64,000 nt of DNA, taken from the NCBI GenBank assembly GCA_963809985.1, contig CAWELW010000002.1:120395-184394 (forward strand). Reading direction: 5' to 3'. This stretch comes from an uncultured Alphaproteobacteria bacterium (GTDB taxonomy: Bacteria; Pseudomonadota; Alphaproteobacteria; Rhizobiales; Beijerinckiaceae). The translations under genes and the position numbers were made by a program. This document shows, piece by piece, positions 40,082-51,182 of the stretch. Within the stretch, counting starts at the first letter, position 1; the number at the start of each line of letters is the position of its first letter. The notes under the pieces were generated by a model that saw only the letters and a list, made by a program, of their open reading frames with translations, made no database searches and was not told where the DNA came from.

Positions 40082-40194
40082 GTCGCGTCCCACCAGATTT
40101 CGCGAAGGCGATCAATTCCGGGCAGATTGCTCCAACTTAATCTTCGGTGTGCGCCGCGTCATTGGGAATGAGCGCGGCTAATGTTATCTGATTT

Positions 40195-41016
40195 GTGGAA
40201 AAGGCGGCAACAAAGCCCATGCGTGACGATTCTGCAAAACACGGCCAGGCCAGCCCGAGCGATCCTGTAGCGCTGGCACGGCGGAATCTGGCAAAGTCGC
40301 TGCCGCGGCGCTTCTACAAGTCCGTCGGCGTCGAGGCGAGGGGGAATCAATTCATCGTCACTCTCGATGAGCGCCCGGCGAAGACACCGGCGAAAGCAAC
40401 ATTGGCTTTGCCGACCCGTGCCCCCGCCGAGGCCGTTGCGGCCGAGTGGAGGGCGCAAGTTGAATTGATTGATCCCACGACTATGCCGCTGACCCGGCTT
40501 GTCAATGTTGCGCTCGACGGCGTCGCACGCGAGCCCGTCGCGATCGTCGCCGCGATCAGCAAGTATGGCGACAGCGATCTCCTATGCTATCGCGCCGTAG
40601 GGCCGGAAAAACTCGTGAAAGCCCAGGCGGACGCCTGGGACCCGATCCTTGCCGCGAGCGAGGCGCGGCTCGACGCGCGATTCCTGTGCGGCCAGGGGAT
40701 CGTCTTCGTCGAGCAGCCGGCGCGAACCAAAGAGGCGGTGCGCGCCGCAGTTAGAGCGGTGCAGGCGCAAGCTTTCGGGCATTTCGGGCTTACGGCGCTG
40801 CATGTCATGACCGCGCTCACCGGCTCGGTGCTGATCGCGCTCGCGGTCGCGGCGGGTGAGATGAGCGTCACGGAAGCCTGGGCGGCGGCGCATGTCGACG
40901 AAGACTTTCAAATAGGCCTCTGGGGGGAAGATCCGGAGGCGACGGCGAGGCGCGCGCGCCGCTTTGAAGAAATGGCCGCGGCCGCACGTCTCTGGCGGCT
41001 CCTGCCGCTGGGTTAG
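40195..41016 (+). CDS. ATP12-family F1-ATPase assembly chaperone
   Basis: 273 aa, ...LPRRFYKSVGVEARGNQFIVTLDERPAKTP...WGEDPEA.... Start is GTG 40195 or ATG 40216. Confidence 0.8.
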   Translation: MEKAATKPMRDDSAKHGQASPSDPVALARRNLAKSLPRRFYKSVGVEARGNQFIVTLDERPAKTPAKATLALPTRAPAEAVAAEWRAQVELIDPTTMPLTRLVNVALDGVAREPVAIVAAISKYGDSDLLCYRAVGPEKLVKAQADAWDPILAASEARLDARFLCGQGIVFVEQPARTKEAVRAAVRAVQAQAFGHFGLTALHVMTALTGSVLIALAVAAGEMSVTEAWAAAHVDEDFQIGLWGEDPEATARRARRFEEMAAAARLWRLLPLG

Positions 41017-41031
41017 GATCTCAGTTTGAAA

Positions 41032-41247
41032 TCAAGGGGCGTTGCTAGTCGGTGCGAGGGCTGGCCATCTCGCTTTTGAGAAACGCCAAAGCGCAATAAC
41101 GTTCACGATGGGAACGAGGGCGAGCAGCGACCACCATCCGCTGTAACCTACGCGCTTTAGAATTCTCACCATTGCAATCCAGAACGCAATAAGCAGCCAT
41201 ATTTCCGCAATAACTATAAGCCAATGCCAAATCGATATTGAACCCAT
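41032..41247 (-). CDS. Small two-helix membrane protein (DUF805-like)
   Basis: 71 aa, MGSISIWHWLIVIAEIWLLIAFWIAMV...GYSGWWSLLALVPIVNVIALW. AT-richer than its neighbours. ATG 41247 chosen inside ORF 41032-41397. Confidence 0.6.
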   Translation of the reverse strand: MGSISIWHWLIVIAEIWLLIAFWIAMVRILKRVGYSGWWSLLALVPIVNVIALWRFSKARWPALAPTSNAP

Positions 41248-41498
41248 TTTGTCGCTCCGCCGGGCACTATTTATGGCAAAATACGTATCTTGCCACGTTA
41301 CAGCCAGAAAGCGACCATGCCAAGAGGTCCCAAAGGCGAGACCGGGCCTGGATTTTTTCGACAGCGGCGCGAAAATCCTGATATTTCCACGGTTCAAAGT
41401 ATATAATCACCGCCCAGGAGCGGAATGGGTTTCACCGTCCTTGTTTTCGTCCGGCTTGCAGCATAGGTTTCGCGCAGGTTTAGAAATTGGAGGTTCTA

Positions 41499-41735
41499 AT
41501 GGGTGGTCTTTCTCCTTTGCATTGGCTTCTCATCGTCGGCGTAGCTCTGCTGTTGTTCGGCGGCAAGGGCAAGATCTCCGACATCATGGGCGATGTGGCC
41601 AAGGGCATCAAATCCTTCAAGAAGGGTTTGAGCGAAGACGAGACGAAAACCGCCGGTCCGGCCGAGGCGCCGCGCGCCCTCGATCATCAGGCGACGGAAA
41701 CAAGCCGCTCTTCCGATCTACATAAGATCGGCTGA
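41499..41735 (+). CDS. tatA: Twin-arginine translocase subunit TatA
   Basis: [32 protein letters not shown]..., 78 aa. TGGAGG lies 6 nt upstream of the ATG. Confidence 0.93.
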   Translation: MGGLSPLHWLLIVGVALLLFGGKGKISDIMGDVAKGIKSFKKGLSEDETKTAGPAEAPRALDHQATETSRSSDLHKIG

Positions 41736-41750
41736 GGGAATTTTCTCTGC

Positions 41751-41774
41751 GCTTCGGCAGATGCGTGCCGAAGC
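41751..41774 (+). other. Perfect 9-bp hairpin in the tatA-tatB spacer
   Basis: GCTTCGGCA, loop GATGCG, TGCCGAAGC. No T-tract follows. Possibly a processing or attenuation structure. Confidence 0.4.
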
Positions 41775-41878
41775 CGCGTCGGGTGCCGAGGCGAGCTCCG
41801 ATGTTTGCCGCGCGTCTGGCCCTGCCGTCCGAGCCGCGTGACGCTCAGCTAAGTGAATCGGCCGAGTGAATATGTCTC

Positions 41879-42415
41879 ATGTTTGAATTCGACGCCGGCA
41901 AACTCATCATCATCGGCATCGTGGCCCTGATCGTGATCGGGCCCAAGGAATTGCCGCGCGTGATGCGTCAGGTCGGCTTGGCCGTCGGCAAGATGCGGAA
42001 GCTCGCCGGGGAGTTCCAGTCACAGTTCATGGAAGCTATGCGCGAAGCCGATGTCGCCGACATCAAGGCCGAGGCGGAAAAACTCGCCAACCAGGCGAAA
42101 ATCGATGTCGGGTTCAATCCTGTGGCGCAGGTGAAGGCGGAGCTGACCAAGGCCTTGCAAGGACCGAACGAAGTTAGCCCGACGAGGCTTCCACCCGAGA
42201 CCCATGCCGCCCCCTCTGAGCCGGCGGCAAGTCTGCCGGCGGGGCAGGGGCCGTCGGTTGCGGAACTGCCCGTGGAAGCCGCTGCCCATTCGGCGCCCGA
42301 AGCCTTGTCGCCGGACCATCTTGCACCGGAATCCCCGGCGCCCAAGCCCGCCGCGGCATTGCCGAGCGAACAACCGGCGGCGCCGGAACCTGTGCCGCTT
42401 CGCACGAGCGCCTAA
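41879..42415 (+). CDS. tatB: Twin-arginine translocase subunit TatB
   Basis: MFEFDAGKLIIIGIVALIVIGPKELPRVMR..., 178 aa, with a Pro/Ala-rich tail. Confidence 0.92.
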   Translation: MFEFDAGKLIIIGIVALIVIGPKELPRVMRQVGLAVGKMRKLAGEFQSQFMEAMREADVADIKAEAEKLANQAKIDVGFNPVAQVKAELTKALQGPNEVSPTRLPPETHAAPSEPAASLPAGQGPSVAELPVEAAAHSAPEALSPDHLAPESPAPKPAAALPSEQPAAPEPVPLRTSA

Positions 42416-42511
42416 TGCGATCGGACCGGCATTTTTCAGCGCGATCTCATTTTGCGCGCGACGGAGCAATAGAGTTCGTCCGCCGCATGTCCCCATAACC
42501 TGGATCTCATC

Positions 42512-43294
42512 ATGACGGACGCTGACATAGACGCGACGAAGGCGCCTCTGATGGATCATCTGATCGAATTGCGGTCACGCCTCATCAAGGCGTTGCTCGC
42601 GTTCGTCGTGATGTTCTTGATCTCTTTTTACTTTGCCGGCGCAATTTACAATATTCTCGTGATCCCCTTTGAACATGCTGCAGGGCCCGAGGCACGGCTC
42701 ATCTATACGGCACCGCAGGAATTCTTTTTCACGAAGATCAGAGTGGCGGTCTTCACCGCGGCATTCCTCTCTTGCCCGATTATTTTTGCCCAGATCTATG
42801 CATTCGTCGCGCCTGGCCTCTATCGCAACGAGCGGACGGCTTTCGCGCCCTATCTCTTTGCGACACCTGTATTTTTCGCACTCGGGGCCGTGCTTGTCTA
42901 TTTCGTCGTCATGCCCAATCTTTTGAGTTTCTTCATCGGCATGCAGCAAGCGAAAGAGCCGGGACGCGCGCAGATCGAGCTGTTGCCGCGGGTGAGCGAA
43001 TACCTGTCCTTGATCATGACCTTGATCTTCGCCTTCGGAATCACGTTTCAATTGCCGGTGGTGCTGACCTTGCTCGGCAATGTCGGAATCGTCAGTTCGG
43101 AATTCTTGAAACGGCAGCGGCGTTATGCCGTCGTCTTCGTCTTCATTATCGCCGGCGTTCTGACGCCGCCGGACATATTCTCGATGTTGGCGCTTGCCGT
43201 GCCGGGCATGCTCCTCTACGAGCTGTCCATCATCTCGGTTGGGATGATCGAGAAGCGGCGCGCCAGAGAAGCCGCGGCGAAAGAGAGTATCTAG
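42512..43294 (+). CDS. tatC: Twin-arginine translocase subunit TatC
   Basis: 260 aa polytopic membrane protein containing PLMDHLIELRSRL. Follows tatA and tatB. Confidence 0.95.
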   Translation: MTDADIDATKAPLMDHLIELRSRLIKALLAFVVMFLISFYFAGAIYNILVIPFEHAAGPEARLIYTAPQEFFFTKIRVAVFTAAFLSCPIIFAQIYAFVAPGLYRNERTAFAPYLFATPVFFALGAVLVYFVVMPNLLSFFIGMQQAKEPGRAQIELLPRVSEYLSLIMTLIFAFGITFQLPVVLTLLGNVGIVSSEFLKRQRRYAVVFVFIIAGVLTPPDIFSMLALAVPGMLLYELSIISVGMIEKRRAREAAAKESI

Positions 43295-43368
43295 CCCGAT
43301 CGGGTGGACCCATCCGGTCAACGGAACGCCGATCGGGGCGCAAGCCGGGCCGATCGCGCAGCCCCTGA

Positions 43369-44784
<1,416 letters not shown>

Positions 44785-45549
44785 ATGCGCATTCTCCTCA
44801 CCAACGACGACGGCATTCATGCCGACGGGCTCGCGGTTCTCGAACGGATCGCGGCGCAGCTTTCCGACGATGTCTACGTCGTTGCCCCCGAGATCGATCA
44901 GTCCGGTGTCGCACATTCCTTGTCGCTCAATGATCCCCTGCGCCTGCGCAAGATTTCCGAGCGGCGCTTCGCGATCAAAGGGACGCCGACCGATTGCGTC
45001 ATCATGGGCGTGCGATCGATTCTCGAGAACCGTGGTCCCGATCTGATTCTCTGCGGCGTCAATCGCGGCCATAACGTCGCTGAGGATGTGACTTATTCCG
45101 GCACGATTGCCGGCGCCATGGAAGGGAGCATCCTCGGCATTCCCTCCATCGCTCTGTCGCAATGTTACGGGCCCGTCAGCGGCCGCGAGGGAATCAGGTG
45201 GGATTGTGCTGAAATCCATGCGCCGGACCTGATCAAACGCGTGCTCGCCGAAGGCATAGAACCGAACAGTCTCGTCAACGTCAATTTTCCCGATTGTCCT
45301 TCGAGCGAAGTGAAGGGGATTTCCGCGACCGCCCAAGGCCGCCGCGATTTTCAAACGATGCGGATCGAGCCGCGCCGCGACGGACGCGGCATTCCCTATT
45401 ATTGGATAGCATACAAGCGTGACGTGCAAGAGCCGCCGCGAGGGACGGATCTCTATGCTTTGTCCAAAATGCGGATTTCCGTCACGCCTCTAAAACTCGA
45501 TTTGACCGATGAGCCCTCGCTCACTCGTTATGCCCGGATTTTCAAATAG
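44785..45549 (+). CDS. surE: 5'/3'-nucleotidase SurE
   Basis: MRILLTNDDGIHADGL..., 254 aa. Confidence 0.95.
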   Translation: MRILLTNDDGIHADGLAVLERIAAQLSDDVYVVAPEIDQSGVAHSLSLNDPLRLRKISERRFAIKGTPTDCVIMGVRSILENRGPDLILCGVNRGHNVAEDVTYSGTIAGAMEGSILGIPSIALSQCYGPVSGREGIRWDCAEIHAPDLIKRVLAEGIEPNSLVNVNFPDCPSSEVKGISATAQGRRDFQTMRIEPRRDGRGIPYYWIAYKRDVQEPPRGTDLYALSKMRISVTPLKLDLTDEPSLTRYARIFK

Positions 45550-45564
45550 GGACCAAGTCCAACC

Positions 45565-46257
45565 ATGGCCCGAAAAAAAGATTTTTGCGCGCGCAGTGCG
45601 GACGAGATGTCCGGACGAGCCGAGACAAAGGCTGCATTCATGCTGCGCTTGCGAGCGCTTGGCATTCAAGATCTCGATGTCTTGCGCGCGCTCGAACGCG
45701 TGCCGCGCGAGCTTTTCGTTCCGCATATCTACGTCGACCTGGCGCGCCGCGACCTCGCCTTGCCGATCGGCTGCGGCCAGACCCTCTCGGAACCCTCTCT
45801 CGTTGCTAGAATGGTCGAAGCTCTGGCGCCGTCTCGCTCCCATCGGGTGCTCGAAATCGGCACGGGGTCCGGCTATGCGACGGCGATCCTCGCCGAGATC
45901 GCCGACCACGTGGTTTCGATCGAGCGATTTCAGAGCTTGGCGATCGCAGCGCGGCTGCGCCTCGAAAAGCTCGCCAAGCAAAACGCCGAAATCATTTGGG
46001 GCGACGGCCTTGCCCTGCCTCTGGAGATCGGCATTTTCGATCGCATTCTCGTGCATGGCCGGCTCGAAGGCGTGCCGACCCGGCTCGTCACTTTATTGGG
46101 CGAGGGGGGCCGCATGATCCTGGCGCGTCAGGACGGAGCGGCGGCGCGCCAGCGGCTCGTCCGCCTCGCCCGCGACGAGAAGGGCACTTTCGCCGAGACC
46201 GATCTTCGGCCCTGCAGGCTACAGTCCGTCGTGCCGGGCTATGGGCGGAGCCTCTAG
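45565..46257 (+). CDS. pcm: Protein-L-isoaspartate O-methyltransferase
   Basis: SAM-binding motif VLEIGTGSGYATAILA. surE-pcm-nlpD synteny. The stop TAG (46255-46257) abuts the IS630 end. Confidence 0.92.
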   Translation: MARKKDFCARSADEMSGRAETKAAFMLRLRALGIQDLDVLRALERVPRELFVPHIYVDLARRDLALPIGCGQTLSEPSLVARMVEALAPSRSHRVLEIGTGSGYATAILAEIADHVVSIERFQSLAIAARLRLEKLAKQNAEIIWGDGLALPLEIGIFDRILVHGRLEGVPTRLVTLLGEGGRMILARQDGAAARQRLVRLARDEKGTFAETDLRPCRLQSVVPGYGRSL

Positions 46258-47385
46258 TACCCACTATCGCGGGTAGTTAAGTCGTGATTCAAGGCTGCAT
46301 GAGCAGCAATATCATTCCAGAAGCTACGCCGATAATTCTGACGGCGGAAGAACGGGCCGAGCTTGAGAGCTTGGTGCGTTCGACGAAGACCGAACACCGC
46401 ACCCGTTTCAAGGCGCGGATCGTTTTGCAGGCGGCGGATGGGGCTGCGACCCGCGCCATTGCCCGCGCGGTCGGCTGCACGATCGGCACAGCGTCCAAAT
46501 GGCGGGTGCGTTACGCCAAGGACCGGCTTGCCGGCTTCAGCGAGACGGGTAACCGCGGCCCCGTGCCGAAATATGGCCCCGAGACAGGCCGACGGATTTT
46601 GGCGCTGCTCGACGAAAAGCCGCCGCAAGGCTTCGCCAATTGGACGGCTCCTTTGCTCGCCAAGGCGCTCGGCGACGTTCATGAGCAATATATCTGGCGT
46701 TTTCTTCGTGCCCAGAAGATCGATCTTTCCGGTCGCAAGTCCTGGTGCGAGAGCAACGACCCCGACTTCGTGGCGAAAGCCGCCGAGATCGTCGGCCTTT
46801 ACATGGCGCCGCCCGAAAACGCGATCGTCCTCGCCGTCGATGAGAAGCCGGCGATCCAGGCCTTGGAGCGCGCCCAGGGCTACCTCAAACTGCCGAACGG
46901 ACGGGCGATGACGGGCCAGTCGCATGATTACACGCGGCATGGCACCACGACCCTTTTCGCCGCGCTCGATGTCGCGACTGGCAAAGTCATCGGCCGCCAC
47001 GCCAAGCGCCGACGGCGCGTCGAGTTCCTCGCCTTCATGAACGAGGTCATCGCCGCCTACCAGGACTGCCATATCCACGTCGTCCTCGACAATCTGTCCA
47101 CCCACAAGCCCAAACACGACAGGTGGCTTGCACGGCACAAGAACGTCACCTTCCATTACACGCCGACCCACACATCTTGGCTGAACCAGATCGAAATCTG
47201 GTTCTCGATCCTTGCCGGAAAGTCCCTCAAGGGCGCCTCGTTCCAGGCCGTCGAAGAGCTCAAGGCCCATATCGACGCCTTCATCCGCACCTATAATGAA
47301 ACAGCTCGCCCCTTCGTCTGGACCAAATCCGAAGTCCATCAGAAACGCCTCAAACCATGTTTCGCGGACCCGTGATTCCGGGTAC
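46257..47385 (+). mobile_element. IS630-family insertion sequence (1129 bp) flanked by a duplicated TA
   Basis: Ends are GTACCCACTATCGCGGGT... and ...ACCCGTGATTCCGGGTAC, an imperfect inverted repeat matching 14/18. TA occurs at 46255-46256 and 47386-47387. One transposase ORF lies inside. Confidence 0.88.
46299..47375 (+). CDS. IS630-family transposase (HTH + DDE)
   Basis: MSSNIIPEATPIILTAEERAELE... About 358 aa with DDE-region contexts LAVDEKP, VVLDNLSTHK and TSWLNQIEIWF. Alternative GTG start at 46284. Confidence 0.92.
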   Translation: MSSNIIPEATPIILTAEERAELESLVRSTKTEHRTRFKARIVLQAADGAATRAIARAVGCTIGTASKWRVRYAKDRLAGFSETGNRGPVPKYGPETGRRILALLDEKPPQGFANWTAPLLAKALGDVHEQYIWRFLRAQKIDLSGRKSWCESNDPDFVAKAAEIVGLYMAPPENAIVLAVDEKPAIQALERAQGYLKLPNGRAMTGQSHDYTRHGTTTLFAALDVATGKVIGRHAKRRRRVEFLAFMNEVIAAYQDCHIHVVLDNLSTHKPKHDRWLARHKNVTFHYTPTHTSWLNQIEIWFSILAGKSLKGASFQAVEELKAHIDAFIRTYNETARPFVWTKSEVHQKRLKPCFADP

Positions 47386-47569
47386 TAGCTTGGATAGCGT
47401 GTTAATTCAACAAATTGTAGAGTAATTTTGATGTTCTTTATGAAACATTCGATGCTTGGCGTTAAGCTTAATCTTGCACAGTTTTTGTAGACATGCATTC
47501 ATCTTAAACTCTCCCTTAACACCCTTGCCACTTAATGGCCCCACGAAGATCGCGTTTGTGGGTTGCGTC

Positions 47570-48811
47570 ATGGGTAGCATCGCATCTGGTCCAGGTTCTT
47601 GTCTTGCATGGCGGTTAGCCCTCGCGGCTTGTCTCGCTGGCCTTTTGGCCGGATGCGCAAATTCAGACCGCTTATCCGATCCTTTCTCCAATCCGTTTAG
47701 CTCTTCGGAGCGAACCGTCGATGCGACACCGACCGCCTCGGTGCAGGCACGGCCCTTGCCGGCGCCAGCGCAGTCTCGCAGCGCGTACGCGCCTTCAGCC
47801 GCCTATTTGGCCCCGGCTCATCCGAGCCCGAGCCTCGCCGCTGCCCAGCCCCCGGCGAGCGACACGACCAGTTCTCTCGCACGCCGGCAAAACGTCGCCG
47901 GCTGGACTGCAGACGGTGGCACTCCGATCGTTGTTGCGCTCGGCGAGACGGCCGACGTCATCGCGAGGCGTTATGGCATTCCGCCCGAAGCTCTGCTGAG
48001 GACCAATGGATTTTCGGCATCGAGCCAAGTGCGGCCGGGCACTCGTTTGATCGTTCCGATCTACAATGCTGCGCTCGCGGTCTCGAGCGGGGCGCACCTC
48101 GCCGAGCAGCGGGCAAAACCGAACGAGAAACTCGTTTTCGTGAAAGGACCTAAGCCGGCCGATGCGGCCAGATCAGCCAACAACGAGACCGACAAGAGCG
48201 AGACTAAGGCGCCAGTGCTGAGGGCGAAAGAAGCAAGTCGAGACCAGCTGCAGAAATCCGAGGCTGCCAAGCTCGAGAATTCCGCGCCGGACGCCGAAGC
48301 CAAGGCGAAAGCCTTGGTTGCCGGCAAAGAGACCGCAAAGCCGGGCGACCAAAAGGTCATCCTCGCCAAGGCCCAAGTGTCGGCGACCGACCCCAAGAGA
48401 CCAGGGCTTGATCCGACGGCAACCGCGAGCGTATCGAGCGACTCGCCTGAATTCCGTTGGCCGGCACACGGCCGTATCATTCAGGCTTTCAAGAGAAATG
48501 GCAACGACGGCATCAATATAGCTCTGCCCGAGGGGACCTCGGTGAGGGCGGCGGAAGCCGGCGTCGTCGCTTATGCCGGGAATGAACTCAAGGGATACGG
48601 CAATCTCGTGTTGATCCGACATCCGAATGGATTCGTGACCGCCTATGCCAATAACGGCGAACTCGACGTGAAACGAGGCGATACAGTCACGCGCGGTCAA
48701 GTCATCGCCAAATCGGGGCAATCGGGCAATGTCGCCTCGCCGCAGCTTCATTTCGAAGTGCGCAAGGGGACGACGCCGGTCGACCCGACGCAATATCTCG
48801 CCACGCTCTAG
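47570..48811 (+). CDS. LysM-domain M23-family peptidase lipoprotein (NlpD-like)
   Basis: Lipobox LLAGC. LysM segment (ADVIARRYGIPPEALLRTNG...RLIVP). M23 C-terminus (GYGNLVLIRHPNGFVTAYANN...PQLHFEVRKG). 413 aa from ATG 47570. Confidence 0.92.
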   Translation: MGSIASGPGSCLAWRLALAACLAGLLAGCANSDRLSDPFSNPFSSSERTVDATPTASVQARPLPAPAQSRSAYAPSAAYLAPAHPSPSLAAAQPPASDTTSSLARRQNVAGWTADGGTPIVVALGETADVIARRYGIPPEALLRTNGFSASSQVRPGTRLIVPIYNAALAVSSGAHLAEQRAKPNEKLVFVKGPKPADAARSANNETDKSETKAPVLRAKEASRDQLQKSEAAKLENSAPDAEAKAKALVAGKETAKPGDQKVILAKAQVSATDPKRPGLDPTATASVSSDSPEFRWPAHGRIIQAFKRNGNDGINIALPEGTSVRAAEAGVVAYAGNELKGYGNLVLIRHPNGFVTAYANNGELDVKRGDTVTRGQVIAKSGQSGNVASPQLHFEVRKGTTPVDPTQYLATL

Positions 48812-48869
48812 AGGTTCGACCGTTCTGCAACTATGGCTATTGTTTGCGCGCGGCGACGCGTGCCATTCG

Positions 48870-49739
48870 TCAGGACGAGGCTTGGCGGAGCGCTGCGATC
48901 GAGGCAACCGCGACTTCGTTTTCTTGCTCGCTTTCCTGCCGCTTCGCCTCATCCCACAGCGCATCCATTTCGGCCAAGCTGACCGAGCCGAGCGACTTTC
49001 CCAGCCGCGCCAATTCGGTTTCGATGAAGCCGAAGCGCGCCTCAAATTTGGCGTTGGTCTTGCGCAATGCGCTTTCCGGATCTGATCCCGCATGCCGGGC
49101 TAGATTGGCGACCGCGAAGAGGAGGTCGCCGATCTCCGCATGCAGACCTGCAGCATCGCCGGCGTCGAGTTCTGCTTCTATCTCGTCGGTCTCCTCGCGA
49201 ATTTTTGCGAGGACTTGCCGTGCGTCGTTCCAATCGAATCCGACGCTGCTCGCCCTCGACTGCAGCTTGACGGCACGCGAGAGTGCGGGCAGGGCGCGCG
49301 GAACCTCGGCGAGCAGTCCGGTCTCGCGGCGCTCCGTGGCAGCAGCCGCGCGCTTTGCCGCCTTTTCTTCAGCCTTGATTTCAGCCCAAAGTGCCATGAC
49401 ATCCGTGGCGGAAAGATTCTTGGCGTCGGCAAAGACATGCGGATGCCGGCGTATCATTTTCGAGGTGACGGCTTCGACGACGGCGCCGAAATCGAATACG
49501 CCGATTTCTTCCGCCATCCGCGCGTGAAAGACGACCTGCAGCAAGAGATCGCCCAACTCCTCCTTGAGTTCGGCGAGGTCGCCCTTGGAAATGGCGTCGA
49601 CGACCTCATAGGCTTCTTCGATTGTGTAGCGTGCGATCGAGGTGAAGTCCTGCTCGAGATCCCAGGGACAACCCGTATGCGGTGTCCGCAGCGCCGCCAT
49701 GATCTCGAGCAGCCGATGGATGTCACGCGCTGGTTGCAT
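48870..49739 (-). CDS. mazG: Nucleoside triphosphate pyrophosphohydrolase MazG
   Basis: 289 aa with tandem MazG domains (TIEEAYEVVDAI..., IREETDEIEAEL...). Confidence 0.92.
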   Translation of the reverse strand: MQPARDIHRLLEIMAALRTPHTGCPWDLEQDFTSIARYTIEEAYEVVDAISKGDLAELKEELGDLLLQVVFHARMAEEIGVFDFGAVVEAVTSKMIRRHPHVFADAKNLSATDVMALWAEIKAEEKAAKRAAAATERRETGLLAEVPRALPALSRAVKLQSRASSVGFDWNDARQVLAKIREETDEIEAELDAGDAAGLHAEIGDLLFAVANLARHAGSDPESALRKTNAKFEARFGFIETELARLGKSLGSVSLAEMDALWDEAKRQESEQENEVAVASIAALRQASS

Positions 49740-49773
49740 GCGGGCGGACCCCTTGAGGATGGAAAGAAGCGCG

Positions 49774-49808
49774 CAAAAGAGCGCGAGAGAATGCGTCTCT
49801 CGCGCTCT
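49774..49808 (-). terminator. Rho-independent terminator of the cold-shock gene
   Basis: Perfect 12-bp stem AGAGCGCGAGAG / CTCTCGCGCTCT (49778-49808) with a 7-nt loop. Followed on the - strand by TTTT. Lies 28 nt after the csp stop. Confidence 0.75.
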
Positions 49809-49835
49809 AACGCCTCAGAAAAGAAGGGCGGAACT

Positions 49836-50501
49836 TCAAGCCAGCGCGATACGCAGAGCTTCGCGACCCTTCGGCGTATCGACGACCTGCATTATCACGG
49901 GCTGCCCTTCCGCCAAGTGCTGAACGCCGGATGGGCCAAGGATCGAAATGTGCACGAAGACGTCTTTGCCGCCGTCGTTCGACTGCACGAAACCGAACCC
50001 TTTGCTGTCATCGAACCATTTCACGGTCCCCGTCACTTCGACAGCGGTTGAAGGATCGGGATGCCGCCGCGGCGCGGCGGCGCCGCCACTGCGTGGAGAG
50101 TTGAATCTTTGTGGAGCGCGTTCGGCTGCGCCGGCGGTGTCGACTTCGAGCACCCGCGTAACCTGTGCGCCCTTTGCCCCGCTCCCCACGTAGACTTTCA
50201 GCTTGGCGCCAGGCGGGACAGTCTCGTAACCAGCTGATTGGAGCGCGCCGATATGTAGGAAAGCGTCGCCAGTGCCGTTGCTCAGTTCAACGAAACCAAA
50301 ACCTTTGTCACCCTTGAACCACTTGACGATTGCATCGACAGGTGTACCGGTGACCGGCGTCGACATATCGGGACCTCCAAAACCAGCGCCACCAAATGAA
50401 GGGCGGGCGGGCCCTCTCGGCCGCGGCATGTCGTAGGGGGAGGGGCCGTCATCGTCGAATCCACGCTTCTTCGGGCCCCGAAAATCTTTACCTTTGCTCA
50501 T
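49836..50501 (-). CDS. Cold-shock-domain protein with two CSDs and a Gly/Pro/Arg-rich N-terminus
   Basis: 221 aa. Two KGFGFV RNP1 motifs (VKWFKGDKGFGFVEL and VKWFDDSKGFGFVQS). Confidence 0.92.
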   Translation of the reverse strand: MSKGKDFRGPKKRGFDDDGPSPYDMPRPRGPARPSFGGAGFGGPDMSTPVTGTPVDAIVKWFKGDKGFGFVELSNGTGDAFLHIGALQSAGYETVPPGAKLKVYVGSGAKGAQVTRVLEVDTAGAAERAPQRFNSPRSGGAAAPRRHPDPSTAVEVTGTVKWFDDSKGFGFVQSNDGGKDVFVHISILGPSGVQHLAEGQPVIMQVVDTPKGREALRIALA

Positions 50502-51182
50502 GATCTGCCTGCTTGTATCCCACCTGCACAGCTAGCTGCAACTTCCAGCGAACCTCTCGTTCCGAACATTCTGCCGACGTGAACGAGTAGCACACATGCG
50601 TCGAAGCCGGCCACCCGTAGGCGCCGGCCAGGATCATGTCGAGGGTATTTGGTCTGAATGTCGGAAGTCCCGCGTTTGAATAATTGATAGCAGAAGATGC
50701 GGTACCTTGGCTACCATTTTGCATGCCATTGGAACGGTTACGTTCGAAAAAGTTATGCTCCAACTTGCACCGAATTTTGGTGGGTTGAGAGAACTCCTCG
50801 TCAAATCAAAGGTTTGCCCGCGCATTCGGTCGCACAGTTCGTCTTCGTGATCGGCAACGGGCGGAATTCATTGATCTTAATCCGGCGCGACCGGATTTGT
50901 ACCAAGACGCCGACTGAAATAATAGCCTGTGGTGACGCCGCAGTCGGCGCCAAGCCATTTCCGTGCGTGCCGGTTTACCCGTCGGCTCAACCTCGGCAGA
51001 TTGCGCCGAAAACCGGCTCGCGCCAAAGCGACGCTCGTCGGTTCGCTCCAGATGGTCCCGCGGGCGAGAACATGGAAAGCTCCGAGCCCAAGAGGCGGTA
51101 CGGGCGATCAAGAACCTCTGCCCAAGTAGCAGGGGGCTTTTGCTGCTCCCGCTGAAAATTCAATGGCCGATCTGCCTTCAGG

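Noticed and set aside
46282-47378. Direct repeat CGTGATTC near both ends of the IS630 element (46282-46289 and 47371-47378)
   Set aside because: The repeats are in the same orientation rather than inverted. One lies at the transposase start and the other at its stop, so an 8-mer coincidence is plausible. The real ends are defined by the IRs and TA duplication.
50697-51155. A 152-aa + strand ORF and a 101-aa - strand ORF (50806-51111) in the csp-IS spacer
   Set aside because: Both have Cys/Arg/Trp-rich, irregular translations. Neither has an SD or a recognisable family, and they overlap each other. At most the region is a decayed gene remnant.
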